A stretch of DNA of 64,000 bases from the human T2T-CHM13v2.0 reference genome, Homo sapiens (GCF_009914755.1 NC_060947.1); one strand, 5' to 3'. Counted from the first letter of the stretch, positions 19,391-42,991 are shown. The notes: generated by a model not told the origin, from the sequence alone. Numbers and translations are program-made.

Positions 19391-19944
19391 GTTTAATGTA
19401 GGTTTCCTGCCGTTTTAGAACTGAAAAAAGAAGAATGAGGCGTGTGGGCTCATTGCAGAAGTTAACTAATGCTCTGAGATTTAATTTTTCAAGGAAAAAA
19501 TGACCGTTTCTACATAGACATGTCCATAGACCATTTCTACAAGGAAGCACCGATTTGCAGCGTCCATCATGGGGACCTTTGTTTGCTTCCCCCTCTATGG
19601 GAAAATTACTTGGATGCCGCTCTTGTTTTAACCCACTCTCGCCCTTGGCTGGTCCGAGGTGTAAAGACAAATGACTTTGGGATAAACGTGGGGTTTGCAG
19701 CAAAGTGTGAGCAGGAGTCACGGGCTCACCCCAGAATGTGGGGAGGCCAGACGTGGGGCCCGCTTCCTGCCGCCACTAATTAGCGTGGGTTTTATGGCCG
19801 GTCGTTAAAAAGGCCGGGTCAAACAGTTGCAAAGTTATGAAACAGCCACACAGGCTAAAGACCTGGGCTTTGCAGAGGTATGAATGTTTCGCTGTGTTGC
19901 CAACTTCTCCTGAACTTTGGCGTCCTCATGGGGAAAAAAAAATG

Positions 19945-20015
19945 TAAAAAAAAAAATAAAAAAATAAAAAAAAATATCATATCTGCCTATTAAAAAGATT
20001 AGAAGCAAAAAAAAA
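19945..20015 (+). mobile_element. Orphan L1 3'-transduction insert: A-rich tail + 30-bp tag + poly-A
   Basis: Tag 19977-20006 with ATTAAA at 19989; poly-A 20007-20024; putative TSD AAAAAAAAATG at 19934-19944 and 20016-20026. Confidence 0.6.
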
Positions 20016-20126
20016 AAAAAAAAATGAATCCAGGATTGAAGCAGGAAAAGGAGTCTTATGTCCACACAGCCAAGTCAACCTCAGCAAAATTAACTCCGTC
20101 TTTTCCGAGACGTCGTCACGATTATT

Positions 20127-20390
20127 ATTATTATTATTTTTTGCTTCTAATCTTTTTAATAGGCAGATATGACATGTTTTTTTATTTTTTTATTTTTTTA
20201 TTTTTTATTTTATTATTATTATACTTTAAGTTTTAGGGTACAGGTGCACAATGTGCAGGTTAGTTACATATGTATCCATGTGCCATGCTGGTGTGGTGCA
20301 CCCATTAACTCGTCATTTAACATTAGGTGTATCTCCCGATGCTATCCCTCCCCCGTCCCCCCACCCCACCACAGTCCCCAGAGTATGATG
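20127..20390 (-). mobile_element. 5'-truncated L1PA2/3-like 3' end with 3' transduction and second tail
   Basis: L1 3'UTR ~20210-20390; own T-tail ~20177-20210; tag 20143-20172; (ATT)n/T tail; TSD GTCACGATTATT at 20115-20126 and 20391-20402. Confidence 0.88.
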
Positions 20391-21489
20391 GTCACGATTA
20401 TTTTTCTGTGATGACAGTAAGAGTCAGAAAATGTACCACCTTGATAAAGATATAGTTATCATTAGGTGCTTCTTGGGCCAGCTAGGAGATGATTGGGTTG
20501 TAAACTTGGGGGCTGGCTCTTGAGAAGGCATTCATTTGCTTTTGTGTTTTCACTCAGAAACCCACATTGATACTGGGCTTTGGAACTCTCCTCTGATTGC
20601 AAATTCCTGTCTTCCTAAGACAGCGTGGAGGGTTCCAGGGCTCCGTGTGTACGTAGGTGGTCAGGTCAGCCGGCCAACGCACCGACGCTACAGCAAATGA
20701 TACGTATAAATTATTGGAGCACTGCGGGAATGGCAATTTGACTTTTTATGAGCCTGTAACGACGTCCCTAGAGAAGAGTGTGTATGTGTGTGTGTGTGAA
20801 ATTCTGGAAAGGATTTTGCATTTTCATAGATTTGGCACCACTGACTTTAAAAGGGGCTGCTCTGGGTTTCGAATTTCTCCAGTCATCAATAAGAGCCATT
20901 TTGGTGGGGTTTTTTTCTTCTTCTTTTTTTAATGTCTGGTTTGTGCAGGAAATATAAAGATTGTAATCCTTGTTGACGAGGGGTCTTCAAAGAATGAGAC
21001 TTTGGGGTGTAAAAGGGAGCTTACCCGTCTACATCTTGGGCATGGCAGTTTGGGCACCTATTTCAAGGGTGTGGGCACGAAACCACAAGCTCCTGTGAGC
21101 TCATATCGCTGCTGATGGGTTGACAGAGTAAGCGGGTTCCGGACACTGTGGCAGTTTAACCCAGACTCAGAAAAGCAAGGCAGAGATGAGACGGTCAGCT
21201 GCAAGCACCCTTTCTTCCCGTAGGCTGGTGGGCTGAGACGCTGCGTCTCTTCCTGCCTAAACCTGTTCTGGATGTTTTCACCACAAACTGGCATCTGCAA
21301 TGTAACGGGCTGGAAAACGGGCAGTGTGGGGGATTGGATTGGCCCTGCTTGGGGGTGTCTCTCTTGAGGCCGTGAGCCCTGACTCTCTGCTCTCTGATCC
21401 ATGAGGGTGGACTCCGGAGGCAAGGGGATGAGGCAGATAAGGGAAGGGAACGGACAGACTAGCGCTTGGAAGAAGAAAAAGGTTTAGAT

Positions 21490-22860
21490 ATTGTAAGGGT
21501 TTCCTGGGGATGCTGTCACAAGATGCCAAAAACCAGAGGATCAAACAAGAAAAATTTCATCTCTCCGCGTCCTGAACTACAGTCCTCCTAAAAACTGTAT
21601 ATACATCCTCAGTCTCATAGCCTGTGAACGGGACCTTATTTGGAAATAGGGTTTCTGCAGATGCAGGTAGTTAAGGATTTCAACATGAGATCATCCTGAA
21701 GTAAGGTGGATCCTAAATGCAATGACAGGTGTCTTTCTAAGAGACAGAAGAGGAGACACAGACACGGAGGAGAAGGCCACGTGGAGATGGAGGAGAGACA
21801 GGGAGGACTTCTGGACTCCAGGAAGGCCAGTATTGGGTCCACTATGATTGTGTTTAGTTCCTCCTGGAGGCTCTAGGGGAGGGTCCTTCCTGCCTCTCCC
21901 AGCTCCTGGGGGCTCCAGGCGTCCCTGGGCTTGTGGCCGCATCACTCCAGTCTCTGCCTCCGTCTCCACGTGGCCTTCTCCTCTGTGTCTGTGTCTCCTC
22001 TTCTGTCTCTTAGAAAGACACCTGCCATTGCATTTAGGACCCACCCTACTCCAGGATGATCTCATGTAGAAATCCTTGACTTAGTTACATTTGCAGAGAC
22101 CTTATATCCAATTAACGTGCCATTCACATATTCTGGAAGTTAGGCTGTAGAGATAGCCTTTAGGGGGACTGTAGTTCAATTCAAAACAATTGTATTATCT
22201 TCCCTCTGGAGGCTGTAGGGGAGGGTCCTTCCTGCCTCTCCCAGGTCCTGGGGGCTCCAGGCATCCCTGGGCTTGTGGCCGCTTCACTCCAGTCTCTGCT
22301 GCCATCTCCATGTGGCCTTCTCCTCTGTGTCTGTGTCTCCTCTTCTGTCTCTTACAAGGACACTTGTTATTGGAATTAGAATCCACCCTAATCCAGGATG
22401 ATCTCATCTCAATATCCTTAATTTATTACATCTGCAAATACTCTGTTTTCAAGAAGGGTTTCATTCACAGGTTCTATGAGTCAGGACATAAACGTGTTTC
22501 TTAGGGATCACCATTCAATCTACTAGAATTGTGTTCAGTTCCTTCTGGAGGCTCTAGGGGAGGGTCCTTTCTGCCTCTCCCAGCTCCTGGGGGCTCCAGG
22601 CGTCCCTGGGCTTGTGGCCCCATCACTCCAGTCTCTGCCTCCGTCTCTATGTGGACTTCTCCTCTCTAAGTGTATGGAAACTTCCCTCTTTTTACCAGGA
22701 CGCGACTGATTGGATTGAGCATCCCCTCTGCTCCAGTCTTTCCTCATTATACGTCCATAATATCTGCAAAGACCCTATTTCCTACAACACCACGTTCACA
22801 GGTATGTACAGTTAGGACCTTAACAGATATTTTGAAGAAACACAATTCAGTTCACAACAG
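21490..22860. mobile_element. MLT1 (MaLR) LTR-derived array: one inverted partial copy (~21630-21795) plus three ~340-bp tandem copies
   Basis: CTGGAGGCT.TAGGGGAGGGTCCTT.CTGCCTCTCCCAG at ~21865, ~22206, ~22546; GGACCTTATTTGGAAATAGGG..GCAGAT typical of MLT1. Confidence 0.8.
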
Positions 22861-23022
22861 ACATGTTTTTGAAGGAAACGGAAAGTCATTGATTTTTGTT
22901 TTTTTTTTTTTTTTAGTGAAGCAGATGGCAGTATTTTAAGGTAATCTTCCATACCGTGGCTCCAACTTCCTATGCAGAAAAATCCTTTTCTCTCTCAATG
23001 AGGAGCCTAGTTTTCAAGATTA

Positions 23023-24010
<988 letters not shown>

Positions 24011-24219
24011 CTAATTATCGGTGTCAGTTCCAAGGTTGTAATGATGTAATGAGTAAGACTTGATGCTGTGTGTTTGGCTGGAGTTTGTAGCTTTGAAAGG
24101 ATCAAGTTGGAAGCCACATTTCTGATTCCCAGCTAAGAAAACTCTGGGGGAAATAAGTCAGGGAATGCAGAGAGGTCGGCGTTCATTTTCCAACGTGCCT
24201 GGTAGAAGTCAAATGTTCT

Positions 24220-24512
24220 GGCCAGGTGCGGTGCCTCATGCCTGTCATCCCACCACTTTGGGAAGGCGAGGCGGGAGGATCATGAGGTCAGGAGTTCAAG
24301 ACCAGCCTGGCCAACATGGTGAAACCCCGTCTCTACTAAAAATATAAAAATTAGCAGGGTGTAGTGGTGTGCCTGTAATCCCAGCTACTCCGGAGGCTGA
24401 GGCAGGAGAATCACTTGAACCCGGGAGGCGGAGGTTGCAGAGATCACGCCACTGCACTCCAGCCTGGGTGACAGAGCGAGACTCCCTCTCCAAAAAAAAA
24501 TAATAATAAATG
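24220..24512 (+). mobile_element. Alu
   Basis: Sense dimer with CCTGTCATCCC variant. Confidence 0.94.
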
Positions 24513-24974
24513 AAAAAGAAGTCAAATGTTCCTCATGCCAGCATCGTGGTCTCTTGAGAAGACCAGGCTGAACTTGGTGAGCCTAATTCTCTGCCAGGAA
24601 TGCTTTCTCTTCTGCGGGAATTCTTAGGGAAAGCCTCTCCAACAGTCTCATGCATGGACTAAAAGTTCCTTGGATCTAGGCAGGAATTTGGGAGAAATTG
24701 GGGGTTAGGCCCCTTCATAGACCCGACACACCATCCATGAGTTGCAACGGAGGTCCCCTTGCAATTTAAGCAACGCAACAAATCAGGGCAGGCAGCAGTT
24801 AACTTCTTAATTCCCCTTCGGCAATTCAAGGCTTTCACGGCGACCAGCTATTAGGCTGAGAAATTAGCTTTTACAGGAGGATTGCTCCATATTCCATATG
24901 CTGCCTTTCCCCTGGAGCTTGGAACTATAAATATCAACCCGATAATGACACGATGGTGGATTCTCATTCAGCTT

Positions 24975-25482
24975 GTGCATGTGTGGGTACGTGTGTGTCT
25001 GCATGCGCATGTGTGTTTGTGCATGTGTGTGCATGAATGTGTGTGAGGTTGCGTGTGTGCATGTATGTGTGCGCTCGTGTGTGCGCGCATGTGTGTGCAT
25101 GTGTGCACGCATGTGTGTATGTGCATGTACGTGTGTGAGTGTGCATATGCGTGCACGTGTGCATGTATGTATGTGAGTGCGTGCATGGGTGTGCATGTAT
25201 GTATGTGTGCATGTATTCTGTGTGCATGAATCTGTGAGGTTGCATGTGTGTGCACATACGTGTGTGCATGCGTGCGTGCATGTGTGTGAGTGTGCGTGTG
25301 TGCATGTGTATGTGCATGTACACGTGTGAGTGTGCATGTGTGCGCATGTGTGCATGTATGTGAGTGTGTGTGCGTGTGCATGCATGTATGTGTGTGTATG
25401 TGTGTGCGTGTGCGTGTACGTGTGTGTGTGCACGCACGTGTGTGTGCATGTGTGTGTGACTGTGCCTGTGTGTGTGTGTGTA
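24975..25482. repeat. Alternating purine-pyrimidine (TG/CA/CG) tract
   Basis: GTGTGCATGT/GCGTGT mosaic. Confidence 0.93.
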
Positions 25483-25576
25483 AACGAAATTCTTCAGAAT
25501 GGTTTGCAATCTGGGGCTGATGTTTAATTGACAGGGGTCGGGGTGGCTGGTTATTTGGTCAAAGAAGTTGAATTAA

Positions 25577-26340
<764 letters not shown>

Positions 26341-26384
26341 TATATATATATATATATAAAGAAATATATATATTTATATATAAT

Positions 26385-26612
26385 ATATACATATATTTAA
26401 ATTATATATAATGTATACATATATTTAAATTATATATAATGTATACATATATTTAAATTATATATAATGTATACATATATTTAAATTATATATAATGTAT
26501 ACATATATTTAAATTATATATAATGTATACATATATTTAAATTATATATAATGTATACATATATTTATATATAATGTATACATATATTTAAATTATATAT
26601 AATATACATATT
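26385..26612. repeat. 29-bp AT minisatellite, ~7 copies
   Basis: ATATTTAAATTATATATAATGTATACAT repeated. Confidence 0.92.
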
Positions 26613-26619
26613 TGGATAG

Positions 26620-27780
<1,161 letters not shown>

Positions 27781-27959
27781 TTTATGTTAAGGTGACACTG
27801 CAGACACAAGAGGCCTGGCTGGCTGGGATGTAGGGAGGGTCCCCCTGGGACTGTTGGACCGTTTTCTGAGTACATGAGGCTGCCAGGAGGAAGGGGCTGC
27901 GCAGAGCCAACTGGGACCCTCCAAGACGGACCCTGAGAAACCTCACTGGGTCCTCTCTC

Positions 27960-28262
<303 letters not shown>

Positions 28263-28361
28263 TCTCTGGGTCCTCTCTTATTTGCCCCATCTCAGCCCTG
28301 CAATTTATCTTAATAATGCTAAGGACAAATCCACTCTCCATTTCCAACGTTTTATACATAG

Positions 28362-28698
<337 letters not shown>

Positions 28699-28751
28699 TT
28701 CAGCCTAACAAGGACCCAGGAACAACATATCTGCAGATAACCATAGAATCA

Positions 28752-29072
<321 letters not shown>

Positions 29073-29218
29073 CACACACACAAACACGGTGGGACTAGGA
29101 CTGAACCCTGATTCATGCCACTGCAGCTCAGAGGTCCTGGCTCCGCCACCTTCCCTCTGTGTGCCTCAGTTTCTTCTCCAGCCAATTGCCTAAGAGGTGG
29201 CTCAGTCAATGAGGGTAT

Positions 29219-30568
<1,350 letters not shown>

Positions 30569-31079
30569 GTACAAGGATACCTAAGTCCATACAGGTGGGG
30601 ATCAAGCCATCGTTGCCCATTGGCTTCACTTTAGGGCTGTAAACTCACATTCATGTAAGGTTTCCCAATGAGTGAATTCTGTATTCCCATAAGCATTCAC
30701 ATTCCTAGTGTGAGAATAGCAGAGTTTAGCTGGGCTCACCTGTCTACCAGGTGTGGAGGCACCATTTGCAGTTGCATATGATGGAGCTCAAGGCTCAACT
30801 TCCCCAGCATCCCACAGTCTGACCTCACTGGGACCTTTCATGAAACTGTGACTCAGTCTCTTCTTCTTGATGATGAAATACTTTGCACAATTCAGTTCAC
30901 CATTTTAAAGCACCTGGAATGTGTGAGGCACTGTGCAAACACTAATTTGGTAAACTGAGATTTCAGAAGGAGAATACCTGGCGTGGCATATATCACTATT
31001 TATTTATGGTCTATTTTATTTCTCTCAGTGAGATTTTGCAGTTATCTGACTAGACATCATATATAACTGTCAGATTTTT

Positions 31080-31490
31080 TCTTTAATATTACATTTTATC
31101 CTATTATAAATATTAGATATTTATGCTATTATACTATGTTTAAATATATTTTATGCTATTATAAATAAATTAATTGATGATATTATAAATAAATATAAGT
31201 TTTACATTACAATATGCTATTATATATCATATATAATAAAAGTGTATATAAATTTTATACAAAAGTTTATATGTAATATACATTATATTATAGATAATAA
31301 GTTTATATATAAACTATATATTTGTAAACTTTATATAACCTATTATCTATAATATAGTGTATATTATAGATAATATAATGTATATATAATAAAACTTTTA
31401 TTTTATATAAAATACACTTATATATATAAAATAAAACTTTTATTATATATACATAGTAAACTTTTATTTTATATATATAAAATAAACTTT
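31080..31490. repeat. AT-rich low-complexity tract
   Basis: TA-rich degenerate repeat. Confidence 0.85.
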
Positions 31491-31630
31491 TATTTTAAGT
31501 TCAAGGGTACATGTGCAGGTTTGTTACATAAGTAAACATCTGTCATGGCGGTTTCTTGTACAGATTATTTTATCAACCAGGTACTAGGCTTAGTACCCAT
31601 TAGTTATTTTTTCTGATCTTTTCTCCCTGG
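31488..31630 (-). mobile_element. Older L1PA 3' end fragment
   Basis: TTTTAAGTTCAAGGGTACATGTGCAGGTTTGTTACATA..TGTACAGATTATTT. Confidence 0.85.
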
Positions 31631-32059
31631 CTTTTGCTATCATTTTATGCAAACATAAATAGTATTTTATTCCACATTATGTGAATATGTGTTATTATAT
31701 GTGTTTACAAAATTAATTCTTTGTTGCCAGCATATATAACTGCAAGCTCATCAAGCTTGTTAATCTTTTTGTTCAAAGTATGCCCTTGGTTTATATGCTT
31801 GTTTTTAGTTACTGAGAAAAGTATGTTCAAATCTCTTACTACGATTGTATATATTTTACATTTTCTTTTAGTAATTTCACATTTTGCTTTATATATGTTT
31901 TAGCTGTGGTTTTATATGCATACCTATTTAGAATGTTTATGTTTCTTGATTAATAAAACATTTTAAACTAGGATTATTACTCTTTATCACTAGTTAAGAC
32001 TTTATCTTAAAATGATCTTTAATTTTTTCATTTTTATTCTTTTTTATTTATTTTAATTT

Positions 32060-32368
<309 letters not shown>

Positions 32369-32525
32369 CTTAGCCTTGGTTTTTATTAATCTGATGATCT
32401 TGTGACTAGAAACTCTAGTTTATTTCCATTTAATAAAATTATTGATACATATGTTAATATCTACCAGCTTATTAGCAGCTTTTGCTTTCTGCTGGTCTTA
32501 TCTTTTTTACATATATTTTTTGTCT

Positions 32526-33612
32526 TATCTTCTTTTAGTGTATTTAAGTTTTTTGTTTCCTAGTATATTTCTTCTTTTAGTGTCTTTAAGGTTTTTGTTT
32601 TCTAGTATATTTCTTCTTTTAGTGTCTTTAAGATTTTTGTTTTCTAGTATGTATCTTCTTTTAGTGTATTTAAGGTTTTTGTTTCCTAGTATATATCTTC
32701 TTTTAGTGTATTTAAGCTTTTTGTTTTCTAGTATATTTCTTCTTTTGGTGTATTTAAGATTTTTGTTTTCTATATATATCTTCTTTTAGTGTATTTACGG
32801 CTTTTGTTCTCTAGTACATTTCTTCTTTTAGTGTATTTACGGCTTTTGTTTTCTAGTATATTTCTTCTTTTAGTGTATTTAAGCGTTTTGTTTTCTAGTA
32901 TATTTCTTCTTTTAGTGTATTTAAGGGTTTTGTTTTCTAGTATATATCTTCTTTTAGTGTATTTACGGCTTTTGTTTTCTAGTACATTTCTTCTTTTAGT
33001 GTATTTACGGCTTTTGTTTTCTAGTATATTTCTTCTTTTAGTGTATTTAAGGTTATAGTTTTCTAGTATGTATCTTCTTTTAGTGTATTTAAGGGTTTTG
33101 TTTCCTAGTATATATCTTCTTTTAGTGTATTTAAAGGTTTTGTTTTCTAGTATATTTCTTCTTTTAGTGTATTTACGGCTTTTGTTTTCTAGTGTATTTC
33201 TTCTTTTAGTGTCTTTAAGGTTTTTGTTTTCTAGTATATTTCTTCTTTCAGTGTATTTAAGGGTTTTGTTTCCTAGTATATATCTTCTTTTAGTGTATTT
33301 AAGCTTTTGTTTTCTAGTATATTTCTTCTTTTAGTGTATTTACAGTTTTTGTTTTCTAGTCTATATCTTCTTTTAGTGTATTTACGGTTCTTGTTTTCTA
33401 GTCTATATCTTCTTTTAGTGTATTTACGGTTTTTGTTTCCTAGTATATATCTTCTTTTAGTGTATTTACGATTTTTGTTTTCTGGTATATTTCTTCTTTT
33501 AGTGTATTTACGGTTTTTGTTTTGTAGGCTATATCTTCTTTTAGTGTATTTACGGTTTTTGTTTCCTAGTCTATATCTTCTTTTAGTGTATTTAAGTTTT
33601 TTGTTTTCCAGT
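32526..33612. repeat. 42-bp VNTR, ~26 copies
   Basis: CTTCTTTTAGTGTATTTAAGGTTTTTGTTTTCTAGTATATTT; TTTTAGTG at 32533, 32575 and onward. Confidence 0.96.
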
Positions 33613-33793
33613 ATAATTACTCTCTTCACCAGCACCATTAACTTGAAAGTAATATACTCTTTAACTAGCCTTGCCGAGGTTATCGTAAACATCACAGCAC
33701 ACCCCTGGGTTTTCAAAGTCTAATTCTCACTACTTTTACTCCTCTTTTCTGACAAAGCAAAAATACCTTGGAACATTTACATTCATTGCACTA

Positions 33794-34512
<719 letters not shown>

Positions 34513-34869
34513 ACTTGTAACATCTAAATTCATGCACTTCCTCCTGATTCGGATATCACCATTGTCATGCATTTTAATTCTCTGTGTGTTTTAAATCCCT
34601 GAAGACATGATGGTTTTATAATGTCAATATATATTTACAATTACTGACATTATCTTGAGTTCTCACTGCTGTTGAGTCCTTCCTAAATTTTCATGTCACA
34701 TTGGGTCAGCTTCTCTTCTGTCTTTGGAGTCCCTCTTTAATATTCCCTTTAGAGCCAGGCTGTCGGTAGCATATTTTCCCAATTTTTGCTTTTGGAAGAA
34801 GGCTTTGCTTCAACCCCGTGGCGAGCATATGTGAGGCTGTTGTTTATTAATTGAATATTCCCCCCCCCC

Positions 34870-35161
34870 TTTTTTTTTTTGAGACAGAGTCTCACTCTGC
34901 CACCCAGGCTGGAGTGCAGTGGTGTGATCTCGGCTCACCGCAACCTCTGCCGCCTGGTTTCAAGCGATTCTCCTGCCTCAGCCTCCCAAGTAGCTGAGAT
35001 TATAGGCGCCCGCCACCATGCCTGGCTAATTTTTTGTGTTTTTAGTAGAGACGGAATTTCACCCTGCTGGCCAGGCTGGTCTCGATCTCCTGACCTTGTG
35101 ATTCACCTGCCTCGGCCTCCCAAAGTCCTGCGATGACAGGTGTGAGCCACTGCGCCCAGCC
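34870..35161 (-). mobile_element. Alu
   Basis: Full antisense dimer. Confidence 0.95.
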
Positions 35162-35379
35162 TTCCTCTCCTTTTTTTTTTTTTTTTCCGAAAGAAACACA
35201 GAGTTGGAGACAGACTTCTTAGCATTGAAGGGAGAGATCTGATGAAGAGAAATGGGGCCACTTTGAGGCAGTGTCCTGGAAGGACCTGTGATTTTTACGT
35301 CTGTTGGTGTTAGGGGGAAAGGCGTGGACCAGGGTGGTAGGCAGTGGGCTAAGGGTGAGGCTCCCACCTCACAGGGAGG

Positions 35380-37026
<1,647 letters not shown>

Positions 37027-37654
37027 TCACGTCGAGACCTGCTGTGTGGATGGGAACCTCATGCCCCCTCCAAGACACTGGAGAATCTGAGCTACTCAGC
37101 CTCAGCCTTCTCCCCATTAACACTGATAAGAGTGGAGTGAGCAACCCCACAGCCCTCTTTGATAACCAGCAACGGAAATTTTAGTGGATTGTTGTGAGGT
37201 GTGGACGCTCTTCCAAATCATAACCCTGGTCTAATATTTCCTGGAAACTCAAGAGGCCTGCGGGCGTCTGTCAGACACGCCCAGTGCATCCCTCACTTCT
37301 GCTTAATCTGTCTTTGATGTGTGATGACCTGCAGGGTGTACCCTTGACAATCCTTGCGTTTCCTCCCGAAACACAATCAAAGCGTGAACCGGGTTCACAC
37401 CGTACCGGGATCTCGAGTTTCCCTTCAGACAGGAGGAAGGCGCCAGCAACAGCCAACAAAATGGTAACGACAAGAAAAGTATCTGGAATTTCTGCTGTCT
37501 GTAAAGTCGGGGCGTCCTGGAGGAAACGTGAAAGGCAGAAAACGCCATCCTGCCTTCAAATTGAAGGGACAGAAAATTGCCTCTGCATGTTACAAACATA
37601 GCAAGATCTGCTTTCTCACTGCAATGAGGGAAGGCTGAGGTGCCTATGGACTTG

Positions 37655-38884
<1,230 letters not shown>

Positions 38885-39601
38885 AATTGTATGACATTTT
38901 TCTCATAGCAATTCAGATGAACTAAGACAAACAGTAATCACCCCTTTTCCACAAAAGTGCTTCGTGAGAAGCATAAAGACTCATGTAGACATTCTGCCGT
39001 GGGCGAACACAAGGCTTTGCATCAGGAATCCATTTGAACTGACATAGAAGAACAGGTTCTCAGGAAGTGATACGGTGAAGCCCAAACCCAGATAACAGAC
39101 AGACGCCATCGCCGTCCATCAGATAATTGCTTGGAAAAGCAGGTTCTGAATTCCAAAACTATGCCAACTCTAACTGTGGATGCAATTCCCAAAATACAGC
39201 ATCAGACAAACTTCAAAGCGAGAAACTGTGCCCACCGACAAGTAGAGCAGTGTTAATTAGGGACGATGCTCTTTAATCTATAAATAATTAAATGATCACG
39301 CAGCTCCCCAGAGAGGTATTAAAAAAATAAAAATAAAACATAACACACGCAAGTTATTTCACAGACCGCGGTCGATGGCCGGGACAAAGTCTACGCATTA
39401 CTTTGGGATCCCGTTTGACATTCAACAAAGAGAGATGACTTGAGAAACTGGAAGATGGTGCTCAGAAAAGAAAAAAAAAAAGACACGTTTTATGGAGGTC
39501 ACCTTAAACTTTAGATGGTTTGGGGTGAAAAATAGGTAAGTTGTTTAGTTTCTAGGTACCGCAATTCGAGCAGGTGCGAGACTGTCTCATGACACAGACT
39601 A

Positions 39602-40443
<842 letters not shown>

Positions 40444-40456
40444 TCACCTTTTCTGA

Positions 40457-40805
<349 letters not shown>

Positions 40806-40834
40806 TGGGACATTTACATTTTTAAAGAAACTTC

Positions 40835-41115
40835 CAGCTGTAAGCCCAACACTTTGGGAGGCCGAGACACGCAGATCACCTGAGGTCGGTAGTTTGAGAC
40901 CAGCCTGGACAACATGGCAAAACTCCGTCTCTACTAAAAGTACAAAAATTAGCCAGGCACAGTGGCACATGTCTTAATTCCAGCTACTCAGGAGGCTGAG
41001 AATCAGATGAACCTGGGAGGCTGCTGTGAGCCGAGGTCGTGCCACTGCACTCCAGCCTAGACAAGAGCGAGACTCCATCTCAAAAAAAAAAAAAAGGAAA
41101 GAAAAGAAAAAAAGA
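40835..41115 (+). mobile_element. 5'-truncated Alu with TSD
   Basis: AAAGAAACTTC at 40824-40834 and 41116-41126. Confidence 0.9.
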
Positions 41116-41181
41116 AAAGAAACTTCTCTGGAGGTGATGTCACGGGGAAGCTCAGGTCTTCAATTTTGGAAGGAAATATTC

Positions 41182-41488
41182 TTTTTTTTTTTCAGAGGGA
41201 GAGACAGAGAGACAGGGTCTGGCTCTGTCACCCAGGCTGGAGTGCAGAGGCATAATCACGGCTCACTATAGCCTCCAACTCCTGGGCTCAAGTGATGCTC
41301 CTGCCTCAGCCTCCTGAGTAGCTGGAACTACGCTTGTGCACCCCCATGCCTGGTTAACGTTTTAACTTTTTGCAGAGACAGGATCTCTGTATGTTGACCA
41401 GGCTTCTCTGGAACTCCTGGGCTCAAGCACCCTCCCAGCTTGGCTTCCAAACGGCTGGGATGACAGGCATGAGCCACTGCATTTGGCC
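41182..41488 (-). mobile_element. Alu (AluJ-like)
   Basis: ACGGCTCACTATAGCCTCCAACTCCTGGGCTCAAG. Confidence 0.9.
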
Positions 41489-41564
41489 TTCCGGAAGAAA
41501 ATACTCTAACCTGCTGAGAGATGCTGTCTTTGATGGGCAAGCCCTCGTGGCTGCAGAAACATAG

Positions 41565-41950
<386 letters not shown>

Positions 41951-42478
41951 GAATCAGGCAATTTTAGAATAAGGTTTCCAAGCGATGACAATCTGTGCCA
42001 TACACAGAAGAGAAGGCAGAGATGACGTATGAATCACTACAGCGCTTGAGGATATACCCTCTCCACGTTGGCTGATATCACCTCATTGCCTTGAGCATCC
42101 TTTGTGTTCCCTGCATCAAAGACGACCTACGTTCTGCCCTGAGTTTCTTCCTTGGAGACAGAAAAGACTCCACGACTGATAACTTTCCCTTGAGGAAATG
42201 TTCCCAGCCACGGTCCTTGACTGTGTGTTTACCATGAGGTCTGAGAGGCTATGATGAGAAGTCGGTTCTCTGTGGGGAGAATGGTGGCCTTCCACTGTAC
42301 GATAATTCCAGAACCACACGATGGCATGACTCATGCCGTGGGTATTTTAAGTCATGGGACTCCTTCCCATATGAGACTTTTGAAAGGGGGTATGCTTGTT
42401 ACAGCATTAACAAATACTCTTGGAGCTCACTGTTACACTTCAGTGGGCTCCCGACACTGCCTTGTGATTTGATTTTAG

Positions 42479-42991
<513 letters not shown>

